Origin: Candidatus Poribacteria bacterium
Lineage (GTDB): Bacteria; Poribacteria; WGA-4E; PCPOR2b
Assembly: GCA_965218095.1 (NCBI GenBank)
Contig: OZ244587.1
Span: 3,968,001 to 4,032,000 of the forward strand
DNA: 64,000 nt
Reading direction: 5' to 3'
The notes below the pieces were generated by a model, which was not told the DNA's origin, did not search any database, and saw nothing but the letters and a program-made list of their open reading frames with translations. Of this stretch, positions 10,570-20,745 are shown piece after piece (position 1 is the stretch's first letter; each line of letters opens with the position of its first letter). The translations under genes and the position numbers were made by a program.

Positions 10570-11805
10570 TCATCGTTTACGTTTCAGAAGGGGTATCAGC
10601 GCGGTGGTCGCCAACGGCAGCATCACCAATCCGTCCAACACCGTCGGCAGCCCAAAGTGATCGCCGAGCATACCCACTGGAATGCTCGACAGCCCGCCAA
10701 CGCCCCACGCAGCACCCATCATAAAACTGGAGGCGATGTTTTCGTTTTCGGGAAGCAACTGCTGGGCTAAAACGATATTAACCGTAATCGAACTGGAGAG
10801 GATGAAATTCCCTAGAAAAAGCAGAATCAGAAACAAGCCGCCCGTGCTATGCAGAGAGACGTATAAAAGTGGAGGTGCAGCGAGCAAAGAAAACAGCAAC
10901 AAGCCGTAGCGGTTAATCCAATCTGAAAGCGCGCCGCCAATCATGATACCCATCGAACCGGCGAAGATGAAAAGAGCAATAACTCCCGACCGCGCGAGGT
11001 TGGAGTACTGCTGGTCATCAAGGTACAACGACAGGAAATTTTCCAACCCAAGCGATGTTATTGTTCTGAGGACAGCGATCAGGTATAGCACAAGAATCCG
11101 ACGCCAATGAGGACGAATCACACCCCACAAATCTTTTCGCTTTTCAGGCAAGATCGGTGTGTCAATTACCGCTTGCGATGCCAAATTCGCGTTGACATGA
11201 GGTCGCTTCAAGATTTTCGGGATAAGTAACGCGATGAGAATTCCGGGGGGCATGCACCACGCCATCCACTTGAGCCCATAGCGGTACACCACCAGATACA
11301 TGATGAATAGTGGACCAAGGGCTCGCCCAATGTTTCCTCCCGTCAGGAACACCGATATGCCAAAGCCTCTACCCCCTTTGGCCAATGCAGCGGCTTGGGC
11401 GGTGGCTTGCGGGTGGAAGGCGGCGACACCGCAGCCACCGATTGCCAGCAGTACCAACACCAAAAGAAGCGAAGGTGCAACGCCCAGTAAGCTCAGACAA
11501 GCGACAGTCAGCACAACGCCAAAAGTCACGAAATGAATCGTCTTCACGCGGTCCGACAACCAACCGAAAAATACTTGCCCCAGTGAGCCAAAGCAGCTAT
11601 AGACTGAAATTAAAACCCCCGCGAGACTGTTTCGAGCAGCGGTTTGAGACGCGAGCTTTTTGAGCAGTAGGGGGAGCAGGTGCGGTAAGACGGTGGCGTA
11701 GGAATCAAGGACGGTATGGACAAATGTGAGGAAATAGAGTTGTTGGCGTGGAGAAGGTATAGTGGTTTTTGACATCAATTTCAGGGGTTTAAGCAAGAGA
11801 TTCAA
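10570..11805 (-). CDS. MFS transporter (Fsr/fosmidomycin-resistance-like)
   Basis: HTVLD, GWLSDR, GVAAFHP and GGNIG motifs; about 12 TM helices; likely start at MSKTT (11775). Confidence 0.88.
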   Translation of the reverse strand: MNLLLKPLKLMSKTTIPSPRQQLYFLTFVHTVLDSYATVLPHLLPLLLKKLASQTAARNSLAGVLISVYSCFGSLGQVFFGWLSDRVKTIHFVTFGVVLTVACLSLLGVAPSLLLVLVLLAIGGCGVAAFHPQATAQAAALAKGGRGFGISVFLTGGNIGRALGPLFIMYLVVYRYGLKWMAWCMPPGILIALLIPKILKRPHVNANLASQAVIDTPILPEKRKDLWGVIRPHWRRILVLYLIAVLRTITSLGLENFLSLYLDDQQYSNLARSGVIALFIFAGSMGIMIGGALSDWINRYGLLLFSLLAAPPLLYVSLHSTGGLFLILLFLGNFILSSSITVNIVLAQQLLPENENIASSFMMGAAWGVGGLSSIPVGMLGDHFGLPTVLDGLVMLPLATTALIPLLKRKR

Positions 11806-11860
11806 GAGGGTTCACAGATTCATTCGCGCATCGTATTTCGCTAACTTCAGAACGAATGAA

Positions 11861-12485
11861 CTAAAGAGATTCACCATTCAACTTCGCGTTTTCTTCGCAT
11901 GCGGCAAAGCAGCCGTCCAAAATTCCCAACACCTCTTCAGGTTTCTGAATCGAAGCAGGCATTGGATGACGGATAAAAAGATCCCTCTCCAGTTTGCCAA
12001 ACTGCCAAAGATCTCCTGTTGAAACGACGGCTAAGATCGGAATTTCATTGGTCCCATTTCTTCTGACAAATAACCAACTGAACGAGTGCCTGAAACTAAC
12101 CTTCTTCAAACTTTTCATCCTTGGCTTCGACGACGAGAAGAAGCGGTGTTGTTAGATCTTTCCAGCCTGTTTGTGTCTTCACCGATACCAACATAGTCTG
12201 GAATCGCTGTCAGATCATTGACCTGGATGGAAAGATGGCTAAACAGGTTGAGGTCTGGATGTCGCTTCCACGCTTCTTTTAGAAAAGGAACGATCAGAAA
12301 CTCACAAGCAAATGCTTCTTTGTCAACCGCACCACGATGGGTCATCGCAAACTCCAAATCTTCCAACATCAGTGGGTTTAAGGCAATTTGAGGTGGGTTT
12401 CTGAGATCGATGAATTATCGTATTGAAAGCCTATACCGAAATGTCTTAAGATATCTCCTGATTTCTTGAAATCACTAACGGTCAT
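11861..12485 (-). pseudogene. Fragmented HsdR-N-like / PD-(D/E)XK-like hypothetical protein
   Basis: Three adjacent ORF pieces: MTVSDFK..., ACEFLIVPFLKEAW...IPDY, and PILAVVSTGDLWQFGKLE. Confidence 0.5.
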
Positions 12486-12556
12486 TTCTTTTCTTCCTTC
12501 CCTGATCCTGTTCAACGCGACAATGTAAACGTCAAATGAAATCTTGAAGTTGAATA

Positions 12557-13564
12557 TCACAGCCGGCCTGCGGGCTCTTGGACAGCTTCTAACAAACGGG
12601 TGATGACTGCATCCGAATCAACTCCCTCGGCTTCGGCGTGAAAATTAGTGAGTACGCGATGCCGGAGGACAGCACGCACCACCGATCGAACATCCTCGCA
12701 GGAGGCGTTGAACCGTCCACGTAGAATTGCCCGCCCTTTTGCGCCAAGAATAAGGTATTGTCCGGCGCGTGGACCCGCGCCCCACCGCACCCATTGCTGG
12801 ATGAAATCCGGTGCATCTTTGCTTTTGGGACGTGTCGCCCGCACGAGCTTGACAGCGTATTGCACAACGTTATCGGCTGCTGGAACCCGCCGGACAATTT
12901 TGTGCAGCTCCATGATGTCTTCGCCTGAAAGTGCTGTTTCAAGCTCAGGTTCATTGACGCTCGTGGTAGCCGAAACAATCGTGACCTCCTCCTCCTCGCT
13001 GGGATAGTCGATCACGATCTTGAACATGAAGCGGTCTAACTGTGCCTCCGGAAGCGGATATGTCCCTTCCTGCTCAATCGGGTTCTGTGTAGCAAGGACG
13101 AAGAACGGCTGTTCCAACTCGTACAGCGTTCCACCCGCGGTGACATGATACTCCTGCATCGCTTCAAGCAGCGCAGCTTGTGTCTTGGGGGGCGTCCGGT
13201 TGATTTCATCCGCAAGCAGGATGTTGGCGAAGATCGGTCCCCGAATAAAACGGATCTCTCGCTGTCCTGTCGCGCGATCCTCTTCCAAAACATCTGTGCC
13301 GGTAATGTCTGCGGGCATCAAATCCGGTGTGAACTGAATTCGCTTGAACTTCAGATTTAAGATCTGAGCGAGCGTTTTGATCATTAAGGTCTTGGCGAGC
13401 CCGGGGACACCCTCAAGTAGACAGTGCCCCCCTGCGAAAAATGCCATCAGCATCTGATCAATAACGTCCTCTTGCCCTACGATGACTTTTTTGAGTTGCT
13501 CTACGATGAGGTCTCTGCCCTCCATGAGCTTTTCGACTGCTTGAACTTCTTCTGTTGCTGGCAT
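12557..13564 (-). CDS. moxR: MoxR family AAA+ ATPase
   Basis: [34 protein letters not shown] and [22 protein letters not shown] motifs. Confidence 0.95.
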   Translation of the reverse strand: MPATEEVQAVEKLMEGRDLIVEQLKKVIVGQEDVIDQMLMAFFAGGHCLLEGVPGLAKTLMIKTLAQILNLKFKRIQFTPDLMPADITGTDVLEEDRATGQREIRFIRGPIFANILLADEINRTPPKTQAALLEAMQEYHVTAGGTLYELEQPFFVLATQNPIEQEGTYPLPEAQLDRFMFKIVIDYPSEEEEVTIVSATTSVNEPELETALSGEDIMELHKIVRRVPAADNVVQYAVKLVRATRPKSKDAPDFIQQWVRWGAGPRAGQYLILGAKGRAILRGRFNASCEDVRSVVRAVLRHRVLTNFHAEAEGVDSDAVITRLLEAVQEPAGRL

Positions 13565-13701
13565 GTTGATCGACTCCTTCAGGTCATACGTGAAAAAGTT
13601 GAGACGTGATGCGTAAAACATTCTACCTGATTGCGTAACGCCTCAAGTAGTATAGCAAATCCCATTGCCGAAAGCCAGAGAGAAATTGAAAGTTAATCCG
13701 T

Positions 13702-14829
13702 TCATTGTCCCGGCAACAGATCCAATACCTGATCTATCTCCGCCTCCAAGTTATAAAAATGTGGCGACAAACGTACTCCTCCCCGCTCTGCACCAATGAC
13801 GTTTTTTTGCCTGAGCCGTTCACACAGTTCGGCTGATGAATATTGATCGCTTTCAAACACAACAATCCCGGAGCGTTCGGATTCTCCTGCTGGCGTCAAA
13901 AGATGATACCCTTTTGCGCGAAGTCCGTTGATGAGCCGATCTGTCAGATCTAAGACTCGCTGCTCGATGTTTGGTACGCCAATCTCCAGCAAAAGCGCGA
14001 TAGCTGTACCGAGCCCATACAACCCAACGCTATTGTATGTGCCTTCCTCAAACCGCGTTGCATCTCGTTTGGGTGTGAGATCGTAATTCAGGAAATCCCT
14101 TGGGTTGATGACGCTCGCCCAGCCAACGTTCGTGTTGATTAACTTATCCTGTTTTTCCTGTGCGCAATAGAAGATTGCCACCCCTTCAGGCGCAAGCAAC
14201 CACTTATGTCCATCCGCCGCCAGGATGTCGATGCCACACGTCTTCACATCCAGATTGATCGCACCCAAGCTCTGGATGGCGTCTACAACAAACCAGACCC
14301 CGCTTTCACGGCAGATCTTGCCTATCGCTGCGATATCGTTCCGAAATCCCGACGCAAATTCGACATGGCTAATTGTCACGACCTGCGTCCGCCCATCAAT
14401 CGCTGCCTCAATATCCTCGATGTGAATGCGTCCTTCCCGCTCTGGCACCATCCGCGTTTCCACGCCGAGACGCTTCAGGTTCCACCACGGATACACATTC
14501 GCCGGAAATTCCACTGCCGTTGTCACGACATTGTCGCCCTCACGCCAATCTATTCCGTTAGCAGCGATGATGATACCTTGCGTCGTATTTTTCATAAACG
14601 CGATCTCATCGGCATCTGCCTTAATCAGCTTGGCAGCGGCTTCACGGCATGCTCCAGCGGTCGCCGCCCAACGATCTGAGTTGACCGCGCCGTTATGGGT
14701 TGCATCATCCAGAAAGCCACCCATTGCTTGGCGCACACGCAATGGGAGCGGGGCAATCCCTGCATGGTTCAGATAGATATATTTCTCCGTTACTGGAAAC
14801 TGCTTTCGCCACTGGTGCCAATTACTCAT
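13702..14829 (-). CDS. Aminotransferase class V / cysteine desulfurase-like PLP enzyme
   Basis: YLNHAG, DAIQSLG, DGHKWLL, RFEEGT and RLSPHFYN motifs. Confidence 0.9.
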   Translation of the reverse strand: MSNWHQWRKQFPVTEKYIYLNHAGIAPLPLRVRQAMGGFLDDATHNGAVNSDRWAATAGACREAAAKLIKADADEIAFMKNTTQGIIIAANGIDWREGDNVVTTAVEFPANVYPWWNLKRLGVETRMVPEREGRIHIEDIEAAIDGRTQVVTISHVEFASGFRNDIAAIGKICRESGVWFVVDAIQSLGAINLDVKTCGIDILAADGHKWLLAPEGVAIFYCAQEKQDKLINTNVGWASVINPRDFLNYDLTPKRDATRFEEGTYNSVGLYGLGTAIALLLEIGVPNIEQRVLDLTDRLINGLRAKGYHLLTPAGESERSGIVVFESDQYSSAELCERLRQKNVIGAERGGVRLSPHFYNLEAEIDQVLDLLPGQ

Positions 14830-14871
14830 GTCATCCTCCCAATCTGAAATAAACTCATCTAATAATGTTAC

Positions 14872-14900
14872 ATTATAGCCGAAAAGCGCGTTGAAATCAA
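14872..14900 (-). promoter_or_regulatory. Sigma70-like promoter
   Basis: Minus strand TTGATT-17 bp-TATAAT upstream of the aminotransferase. Confidence 0.55.
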
Positions 14901-15016
14901 TACCTGAAACGTGATGTGTGATGTGTGATGAGTCATTCGTATTTCATGAGTGGATTGAGATTGCCCGCAGAGAGATCTAAAGAACTGCGCCTAATCTATC
15001 ATCGTGCAGGGTTCTG

Positions 15017-15132
15017 AGTAATTTTCAGGATTAAACTATACATTCCGTTTGTAGTAGCGCAATTCATTGCGCGTTTGGGACAGTGATGGAATCGCCTCAC
15101 TACAAACCATTACTTTCTTTTTGAAAATTACT
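15017..15132. repeat. Small inverted-repeat element enclosing a GTAG-type REP-like palindrome
   Basis: Outer IR AGTAATTTTCA/TGAAAATTACT; inner GTTTGTAGT...GCGCAATTCATTGCGC...ACTACAAAC at 15047-15107. Confidence 0.55.
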
Positions 15133-15143
15133 TGAAATATTTA

Positions 15144-15927
15144 GGTTCTGTTGACATTTCATCGTAACCAGATAATCACAGCAACGAAACTCAGAAACCC
15201 CAAATAGCGACCCGCCAACTTATCAAAACGACTGAAGATACGCCTATAGTGCTTAATTTTGTTGATGAAGCATTCCACCCGATGTCTCTCTCGGTACAGA
15301 TGCGTATCATAGTCTCGTGACTCACGGCGGTTGATACGGGGACGAATCACTGGCTCTACACCCATACGGGTTATCAACTGCACCAATGAATCCGCGTCAT
15401 ACGCTGAGTCGGCTATCACATACTCACTGCTATACCCTTCTGCACAAGTCATGGCGTGGCGTTGTCCAGCCGTCAGCGCAAAACGTAATGGATTGCCTAA
15501 GCCATCAACCGTGATGTGAATTTTGGTTGAAAATCCACCCGCATTACGTCCGAGTGCCTGCGAGGCTTGACCGCCACTTGTTTTCAAAGCCCCTGCAGCA
15601 CAGGGGTGAGCGTGGCAGATGGTACTGTCACCATATCTGGGTCGTTGACAAAGTGTTGATGCAGCCGTTGGAAGATGCCTTTATCGCACCAGCGAGCGAA
15701 TCGTTTATAGACGCTGTTCCAACTGCCGTACTCTTTTGGTAGGAGTCGCCATTGACTACCACTACGAGTTATCCAAAGCACTGCTTGGACAAAACGTTTT
15801 AAGTTCGCTTGCTGTCCGGTGTAGACATCGGAACAGGTTTGCAGGAATGCTGCTATTTTTGACCATTGATTATCGGATAAGGTAAGTGTTGACATATCGT
15901 TATTATGCCATAAATGTCAACACGTCC
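15144..15927 (-). mobile_element. IS5-family (IS427-group-like) element with frameshifted transposase
   Basis: TIRs GGTTCTGTTGACATTT / AAATGTCAACACGTCC, TA flanks; ORFs 15584-15895 and 15159-15587 split by a small deletion at DPDM/DST. Confidence 0.88.
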
Positions 15928-15929
15928 TA

Positions 15930-16088
15930 GGTTCTGTTGACATTTCGCTGTCGCGAATTCGGCAAACGCTGTAATCATCATGCAACCCGCCAAAAACCAA
16001 GACAGTTGTCCGAAATCGCCTCAGGGTGCATCAGGCCGAAGACTCTCGGAACGGAGATTGGTTCAATCCGTCAAATGTCAACAGAACC
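15930..16088. mobile_element. 159-bp MITE with IS5-type TIRs (copy 1)
   Basis: GGTTCTGTTGACATTT...AAATGTCAACAGAACC, TA flanks; near-identical to 59409-59567. Confidence 0.9.
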
Positions 16089-16408
16089 TAGTAATCGCAC
16101 AAAGTTTGTGCTTGACCTTTTTCGCGAACATGGCTAAAATACGCTTCCGTGACAACAGGGTTGATGAAGGATAAGTCCCAGCCCGACGTGCTTACGATAA
16201 AGCAGGTTTTGACATTGCACACTCAGGATTATGGAACAATGACGCTAAGATATCATTGACTTCTTACCATTTTCGATTTATACCAGGAGTAGTGGTTCAT
16301 TTTTTAAGTCCATGTAGGGTGGGTAAACCTATAAACCTATACGAATTTAAAAAGCAGATCAGCAGTTCGACACATATTTTCTGGAATCCATTATAAGGAG
16401 AGCAAATT

Positions 16409-17476
16409 ATGGGAAAAACACATCGCCTCCAAGCGAGTCATCTTCATTCCATCACGCGAAAATTGTTCGTAGCAGCAGGCACACCACGCCACATCGCCGA
16501 CGACGTGGCAGAAATCCTGGTGAACGCAAACCTTGCCGGACACGACTCACACGGCGTACTCCGCATCCCTGCATACCTGCGCAGCATCGACGACGGCACG
16601 ATTGTCCCCGATGCTGAACCGGAGATCGTGAGGGAAACCACGAACACCATGTTTTTTGACGGAAAGCACGGCTTCGGTCATTACACCGCTCGACAGGCAA
16701 TGAACCGAGCGATTGAGAAGGCAAAGCCCGCAGGTGTTTGCTGCGTGAGTCTCATCAACACCGGACACATTGGTCGGTTGGGTGAGTATGCAGAAGCGGC
16801 GGCCCATGCGGGCTGTATTGGCGTCATCACTGTTGGTGGTGGTGGGAAGAATCAGGGAAGTACTGTACCTTTTGGCGGCGCGGGCGGGGTAACAGGCACC
16901 AATCCTATCGCTGTCGGTGTCCCAACCGGTGACGACGCCCCGTTTATCATTGATTTTGCTACAAGCATGATTGCTGAAGGCAAAATCCAGGTTGCCCAAA
17001 GCAAGGGCGAGGATTTGCCTGAGGGATACATCGTGGACAAGCATGGTAACCCGAGCATCAAACCGGTGGATTATTACGATGGTGGATTCCTGCTACCGTT
17101 TGGCAGACACAAGGGTTACTCTATTGGGTTGCTGATCTGTCTGCTCGGCGGGCTGTCCGGAAGCTTTGACGTTGAAAAGCGCACGATGGGAGGCTCATTT
17201 ATGCAAGTGATGAATGTCAACGTACTTACACCGTTAGATGAGTATCAGCAGGGCGTACGCGCATTCCTGGACGGTATTAAGTCAACACCGCCGGCGCCTG
17301 GCTTTGACGAAGTGCTGGTCCCCGGTGATTTCGAGCATCGTTCCCGTATCCAGCGTTTGGCCGATAGCGTTGAACTGCCCAACACCATCTATCAACAGAT
17401 TCGGAAGTGTGCGGAGAAGCTGAATGTGTCGATGCGCGAGGAGACCGTCGAACCTGCCGACGCGGAGCGATACTAA
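16409..17476 (+). CDS. Ldh_2 family oxidoreductase (malate/L-lactate/ureidoglycolate dehydrogenase type)
   Basis: GHDSHG, GHIGRLG, GTNPIA, DFATS and PFGRHKGY motifs. Confidence 0.93.
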   Translation: MGKTHRLQASHLHSITRKLFVAAGTPRHIADDVAEILVNANLAGHDSHGVLRIPAYLRSIDDGTIVPDAEPEIVRETTNTMFFDGKHGFGHYTARQAMNRAIEKAKPAGVCCVSLINTGHIGRLGEYAEAAAHAGCIGVITVGGGGKNQGSTVPFGGAGGVTGTNPIAVGVPTGDDAPFIIDFATSMIAEGKIQVAQSKGEDLPEGYIVDKHGNPSIKPVDYYDGGFLLPFGRHKGYSIGLLICLLGGLSGSFDVEKRTMGGSFMQVMNVNVLTPLDEYQQGVRAFLDGIKSTPPAPGFDEVLVPGDFEHRSRIQRLADSVELPNTIYQQIRKCAEKLNVSMREETVEPADAERY

Positions 17477-17554
17477 ATGTGTAAAACGTGATTCGTGAAA
17501 CGTAAATTCTGCGAAAGTGCAGGGAAATACCGAATTATCAAAACCACCGTTCCT

Positions 17555-17623
17555 GTCATTCTGAACGAAATGAAGAATCTCGGTTGATATGTTGTAAACG
17601 ATCCTTCGCTTTGTTAGGATGAC
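17555..17623. repeat. GTCATTCTG...GATGAC palindromic repeat between convergent genes
   Basis: GTCATTCTGAACGAAATGAAGAATCT...GATCCTTCGC...AGGATGAC; relatives at 44550-44610 and 56158-56218. Confidence 0.6.
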
Positions 17624-17660
17624 GGAAACGTGCGATTCTGAAAGCAGGAGAGTGTATCCT

Positions 17661-18686
17661 TCAGATTTTTGTCCGCCCCTGATAGATGAGCGGGTGAACA
17701 ATCCCAACCCTGTCTATAGAAGCCTTGATGTCATTTGGCAGAACACCGCGAAGTGCAGCAGAAATATTGGCTTCGACTTCCTGCAAATTACTGAAGCCAA
17801 CAACAATGGATTGTTGCCGCATCTCCGACAGCATCCAGCGGATGCAAAGTTCTGCCATCGGAATTCCAGAATCTGCGTGGATGTCAATGAACCTGAAATA
17901 GGAACCCGCGAAGGTTTCGTCCATCCAGTCAGGGGGATTCTCCCGCCATTCTTCCTGGGGAACGGCAAGCCAACCTTTCATAAGCGGCGCGCCAATAACA
18001 ACACCAATACCCAGTTCTTGAGCGGTTGGGAACAGGAATTCGTTGGCGTTTCTAAAGACCGGGTTGAACTGATGGGCGATCATAACGGAATCCACCTCGA
18101 CTACTTTCAGTATCCGTGCCAAAAGCCGTGCATTTTTAGCCGTCAATCCCACAAAATGCGCCTTGCCGCTATGTTTGGCGTTTTCGAGGAATCTGATCGC
18201 CGGTGCATTTACGAAGTTGTAGTCCGCATCACTTTCAATGAGTGCGGTCCAACGATCCAGACTCTTGCCAGAAAGGAGATTATCGCCCCACCATTTAAGA
18301 AAATCCGCTTCGTGAATCTGGATGATGTCCACGTAGTCGGTTTGAAGCCGCTTGAGGGAGCCTTCAAATTGCTGCATGAGCTGGTCAGCGTTGCGATGAT
18401 CTTTCAGATTATCCCGGCGCTGGTTCGTATATCCCACTTTGGTGGCAACGATTGCTTTGTCCCGCCTCCCTTTCAGGGCGATTCCGAACATGGTTTCATC
18501 GTTGCTATCCCCATAGTTTGCCGCCGTGTCGAAATAGTTCATGCCGTGTTCAATCGCATAATCCACGCAGCGGTTCAGGTTCTCCTGCCCCTGCTTAGCC
18601 ATGAAAGCAGACCCCAGCCCGAGTTCACTGACGTTGAGTCCTGTTTTTCCAAGTACCCGTGTCTTCATTTCGGTTTTTATGTCCAC
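17661..18686 (-). CDS. Aldo/keto reductase
   Basis: LGKTGLNVSELGLG, NYFDTAANYG, ATKVG and SLKRLQTDYVD motifs. Confidence 0.92.
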   Translation of the reverse strand: MDIKTEMKTRVLGKTGLNVSELGLGSAFMAKQGQENLNRCVDYAIEHGMNYFDTAANYGDSNDETMFGIALKGRRDKAIVATKVGYTNQRRDNLKDHRNADQLMQQFEGSLKRLQTDYVDIIQIHEADFLKWWGDNLLSGKSLDRWTALIESDADYNFVNAPAIRFLENAKHSGKAHFVGLTAKNARLLARILKVVEVDSVMIAHQFNPVFRNANEFLFPTAQELGIGVVIGAPLMKGWLAVPQEEWRENPPDWMDETFAGSYFRFIDIHADSGIPMAELCIRWMLSEMRQQSIVVGFSNLQEVEANISAALRGVLPNDIKASIDRVGIVHPLIYQGRTKI

Positions 18687-18977
18687 AACCTCTCCCCCGG
18701 TCCCCTTCGGAACGGAGATTGGTGTAACGCCGTGAAATCCTGCATGCTCGGACTGATTATATCAGAGCGCAAAAATGCTGTCAATAAAAAGGGTATCGGC
18801 ATCAGGTTTTCAATTGGTTCCGAGTGTGCGCTAAGGTTTTCATGAGATGAGGTGATAGACCTTGATTTCCATATTTCACACCGAATCATGGCGAAACTTA
18901 TAAGGGGCTACTGGTGTTTTAATAAGATAATGACTTGTGTTATTGGTCTATTTTTAATCATATTGAGTTTAACCTCC

Positions 18978-19010
18978 AGACCTGACAGGTTTTTGAGACC
19001 TGTTAGGTCT
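18978..19010. repeat. Short palindrome (REP-like)
   Basis: AGACCTGACAGGTTTTTGAGACCTGTTAGGTCT. Confidence 0.55.
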
Positions 19011-19312
19011 AAAACCGTTCAAATCTACGAAATGAACCGCTATTGATTTAATGGCATGGATGCGATATAATCAAAAGAAGATGGCGTGCCATCACTAAAT
19101 GCGTGAGAAAATCCGTTCCATTTGGCGTATCGAGAAGACGATCCGGGATTTGAGTTCAAAGGTTCAAGAGTTCAATGAACCCATGAACTTCTGAACTCAT
19201 GAACTTTTACGAGTGAATTTTCCAGTTCCGATGCGGGTTCTCAAAGGTTTGGTCATAGCACACCGTCCTATAACATTGTTAGATCCCTGTCTTCCAAAAA
19301 GGATGATACATT

Positions 19313-19912
19313 TTGCGGACTTCAGATGAAGAGTTGATGATGAAATGTCGCAACGGTGACATGAGCGCCTTTGAACTGATCGTGATGCGTTATAAGGATC
19401 TAATTACCAATTTTATTTCTCGATCTATTGGCGACTATCACCGGGCTGAAGATTTAGCACAAGAGACGTTTCTGCGAGTTTTTAAGAGTGCCAGTCATTA
19501 TGAACCAAAATGCCAGTTCAAAAATTGGATTTATCTCATCGCAACGAATCTTTGTCGGAACGAAATCCGGAATCGAAATCGACGAAACACTATGTACCTT
19601 GACGATCTTGTTCCTGAAGATGAGAATGTCAACTATTCCACGGTGATGCAGGATATCAGCCGGCTTCCAGACGAACTCTACGAAAAAAAAGAGCAGCAAC
19701 TTATAATTCAACAAACGATTAACCGCCTTCCTGAAAATCAGCGGTTGGCATTGCTTCTTGTGACTTATCAAAATCTGAGGTATGACGAAATCGCAGAAGT
19801 TCTTGATTGCTCTGTGAGTGCGGTGAAATCACTCATCCACCGCGCCCGCCAGAACATGAAAAAACTCCTTATAGAAGTTGGAATTGGAGAGAGTACACAT
19901 GCTAAAGTGTGA
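19313..19912 (+). CDS. ECF RNA polymerase sigma factor
   Basis: AEDLAQETFLR, WIYLIATN.C.N, LPENQR, YDEIAEVL and VKSLIHRAR motifs. Confidence 0.93.
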   Translation: MRTSDEELMMKCRNGDMSAFELIVMRYKDLITNFISRSIGDYHRAEDLAQETFLRVFKSASHYEPKCQFKNWIYLIATNLCRNEIRNRNRRNTMYLDDLVPEDENVNYSTVMQDISRLPDELYEKKEQQLIIQQTINRLPENQRLALLLVTYQNLRYDEIAEVLDCSVSAVKSLIHRARQNMKKLLIEVGIGESTHAKV

Positions 19913-20450
19913 AACTATTCAACCACAATTATCCACTTATTTAGATCGCGAGATGCCCTTGTGGAAAGTCCGAATCATCCAGTGGCACCTCAGAGGCTGT
20001 CCAAGCTGTGCACATGAAGCCATGCGCCTGCGGCAGGCAGACAAAATCCTTCGCCAACTCGATGCGGTGAAAACCTCTGATAGTTTCTTGACGGATGTGA
20101 TGCATAAGGTTTCAACAATCACCACGACTGAAAAGTATCAGATTCCTGTGATACGTCGCGTCTTACGGCGATTGGAATCGTCGCTTGCGTGGGTGCGTTA
20201 CAGTTTTCGGACACGCGTTCGTCCTCATGCCATTGTGACTTCATTGGCTCTGATCATGATCGTCGTGAGTGTTGCCACACTTTATCAACCCTGGCGGCTG
20301 CCACTGCCATCAGAGAACACACTGACGTTAACTCAGTCACTAAGGGATAAGCAGATCGTGCTTGTGGAATTTGAGATTGTCTTAATTGATCAGTCCCCTA
20401 AGCCGCATGTGCCTTCTGATCGTCACGCGCCAGACCGTACAAATCCATGA
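19899..20450 (+). CDS. Zinc-finger (ZAS) anti-sigma factor with one TM helix
   Basis: CETIQPQLSTYLD...HLRGCPSC (HxxxCxxC); overlaps the sigma stop. Confidence 0.85.
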   Translation: MLKCETIQPQLSTYLDREMPLWKVRIIQWHLRGCPSCAHEAMRLRQADKILRQLDAVKTSDSFLTDVMHKVSTITTTEKYQIPVIRRVLRRLESSLAWVRYSFRTRVRPHAIVTSLALIMIVVSVATLYQPWRLPLPSENTLTLTQSLRDKQIVLVEFEIVLIDQSPKPHVPSDRHAPDRTNP

Positions 20451-20745
20451 AATTGGCGCCACGTTATGCGCTTATCATCTCTTTATCTCAATTGGCGAGG
20501 AGACGCCTTCTAAATCTGTGGTTTCGATACGTTATTTCGCTCCTGCTCCCTTCCACGGAATAAAGCCCTCCCCCTATAATCTTTTCGTTGCATTCATAAG
20601 GCAAGTTATGAGATAATGATAATACGAGCTCGAAAACTACTGAGTGGGCGGCTTCGTAAACTCGTGGAGGGTTTTGATTTCTAACCCTGCTCTCCGATCG
20701 AGTTCAAAACCTTTGGAAGGATCTGACCCTATATGGATTTATGAA

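Noticed and set aside
17619-18845. 408-aa plus-strand ORF (also 28611-29570, 33355-34137 and others)
   Set aside because: These are antisense shadows of real minus-strand genes and have no motifs.
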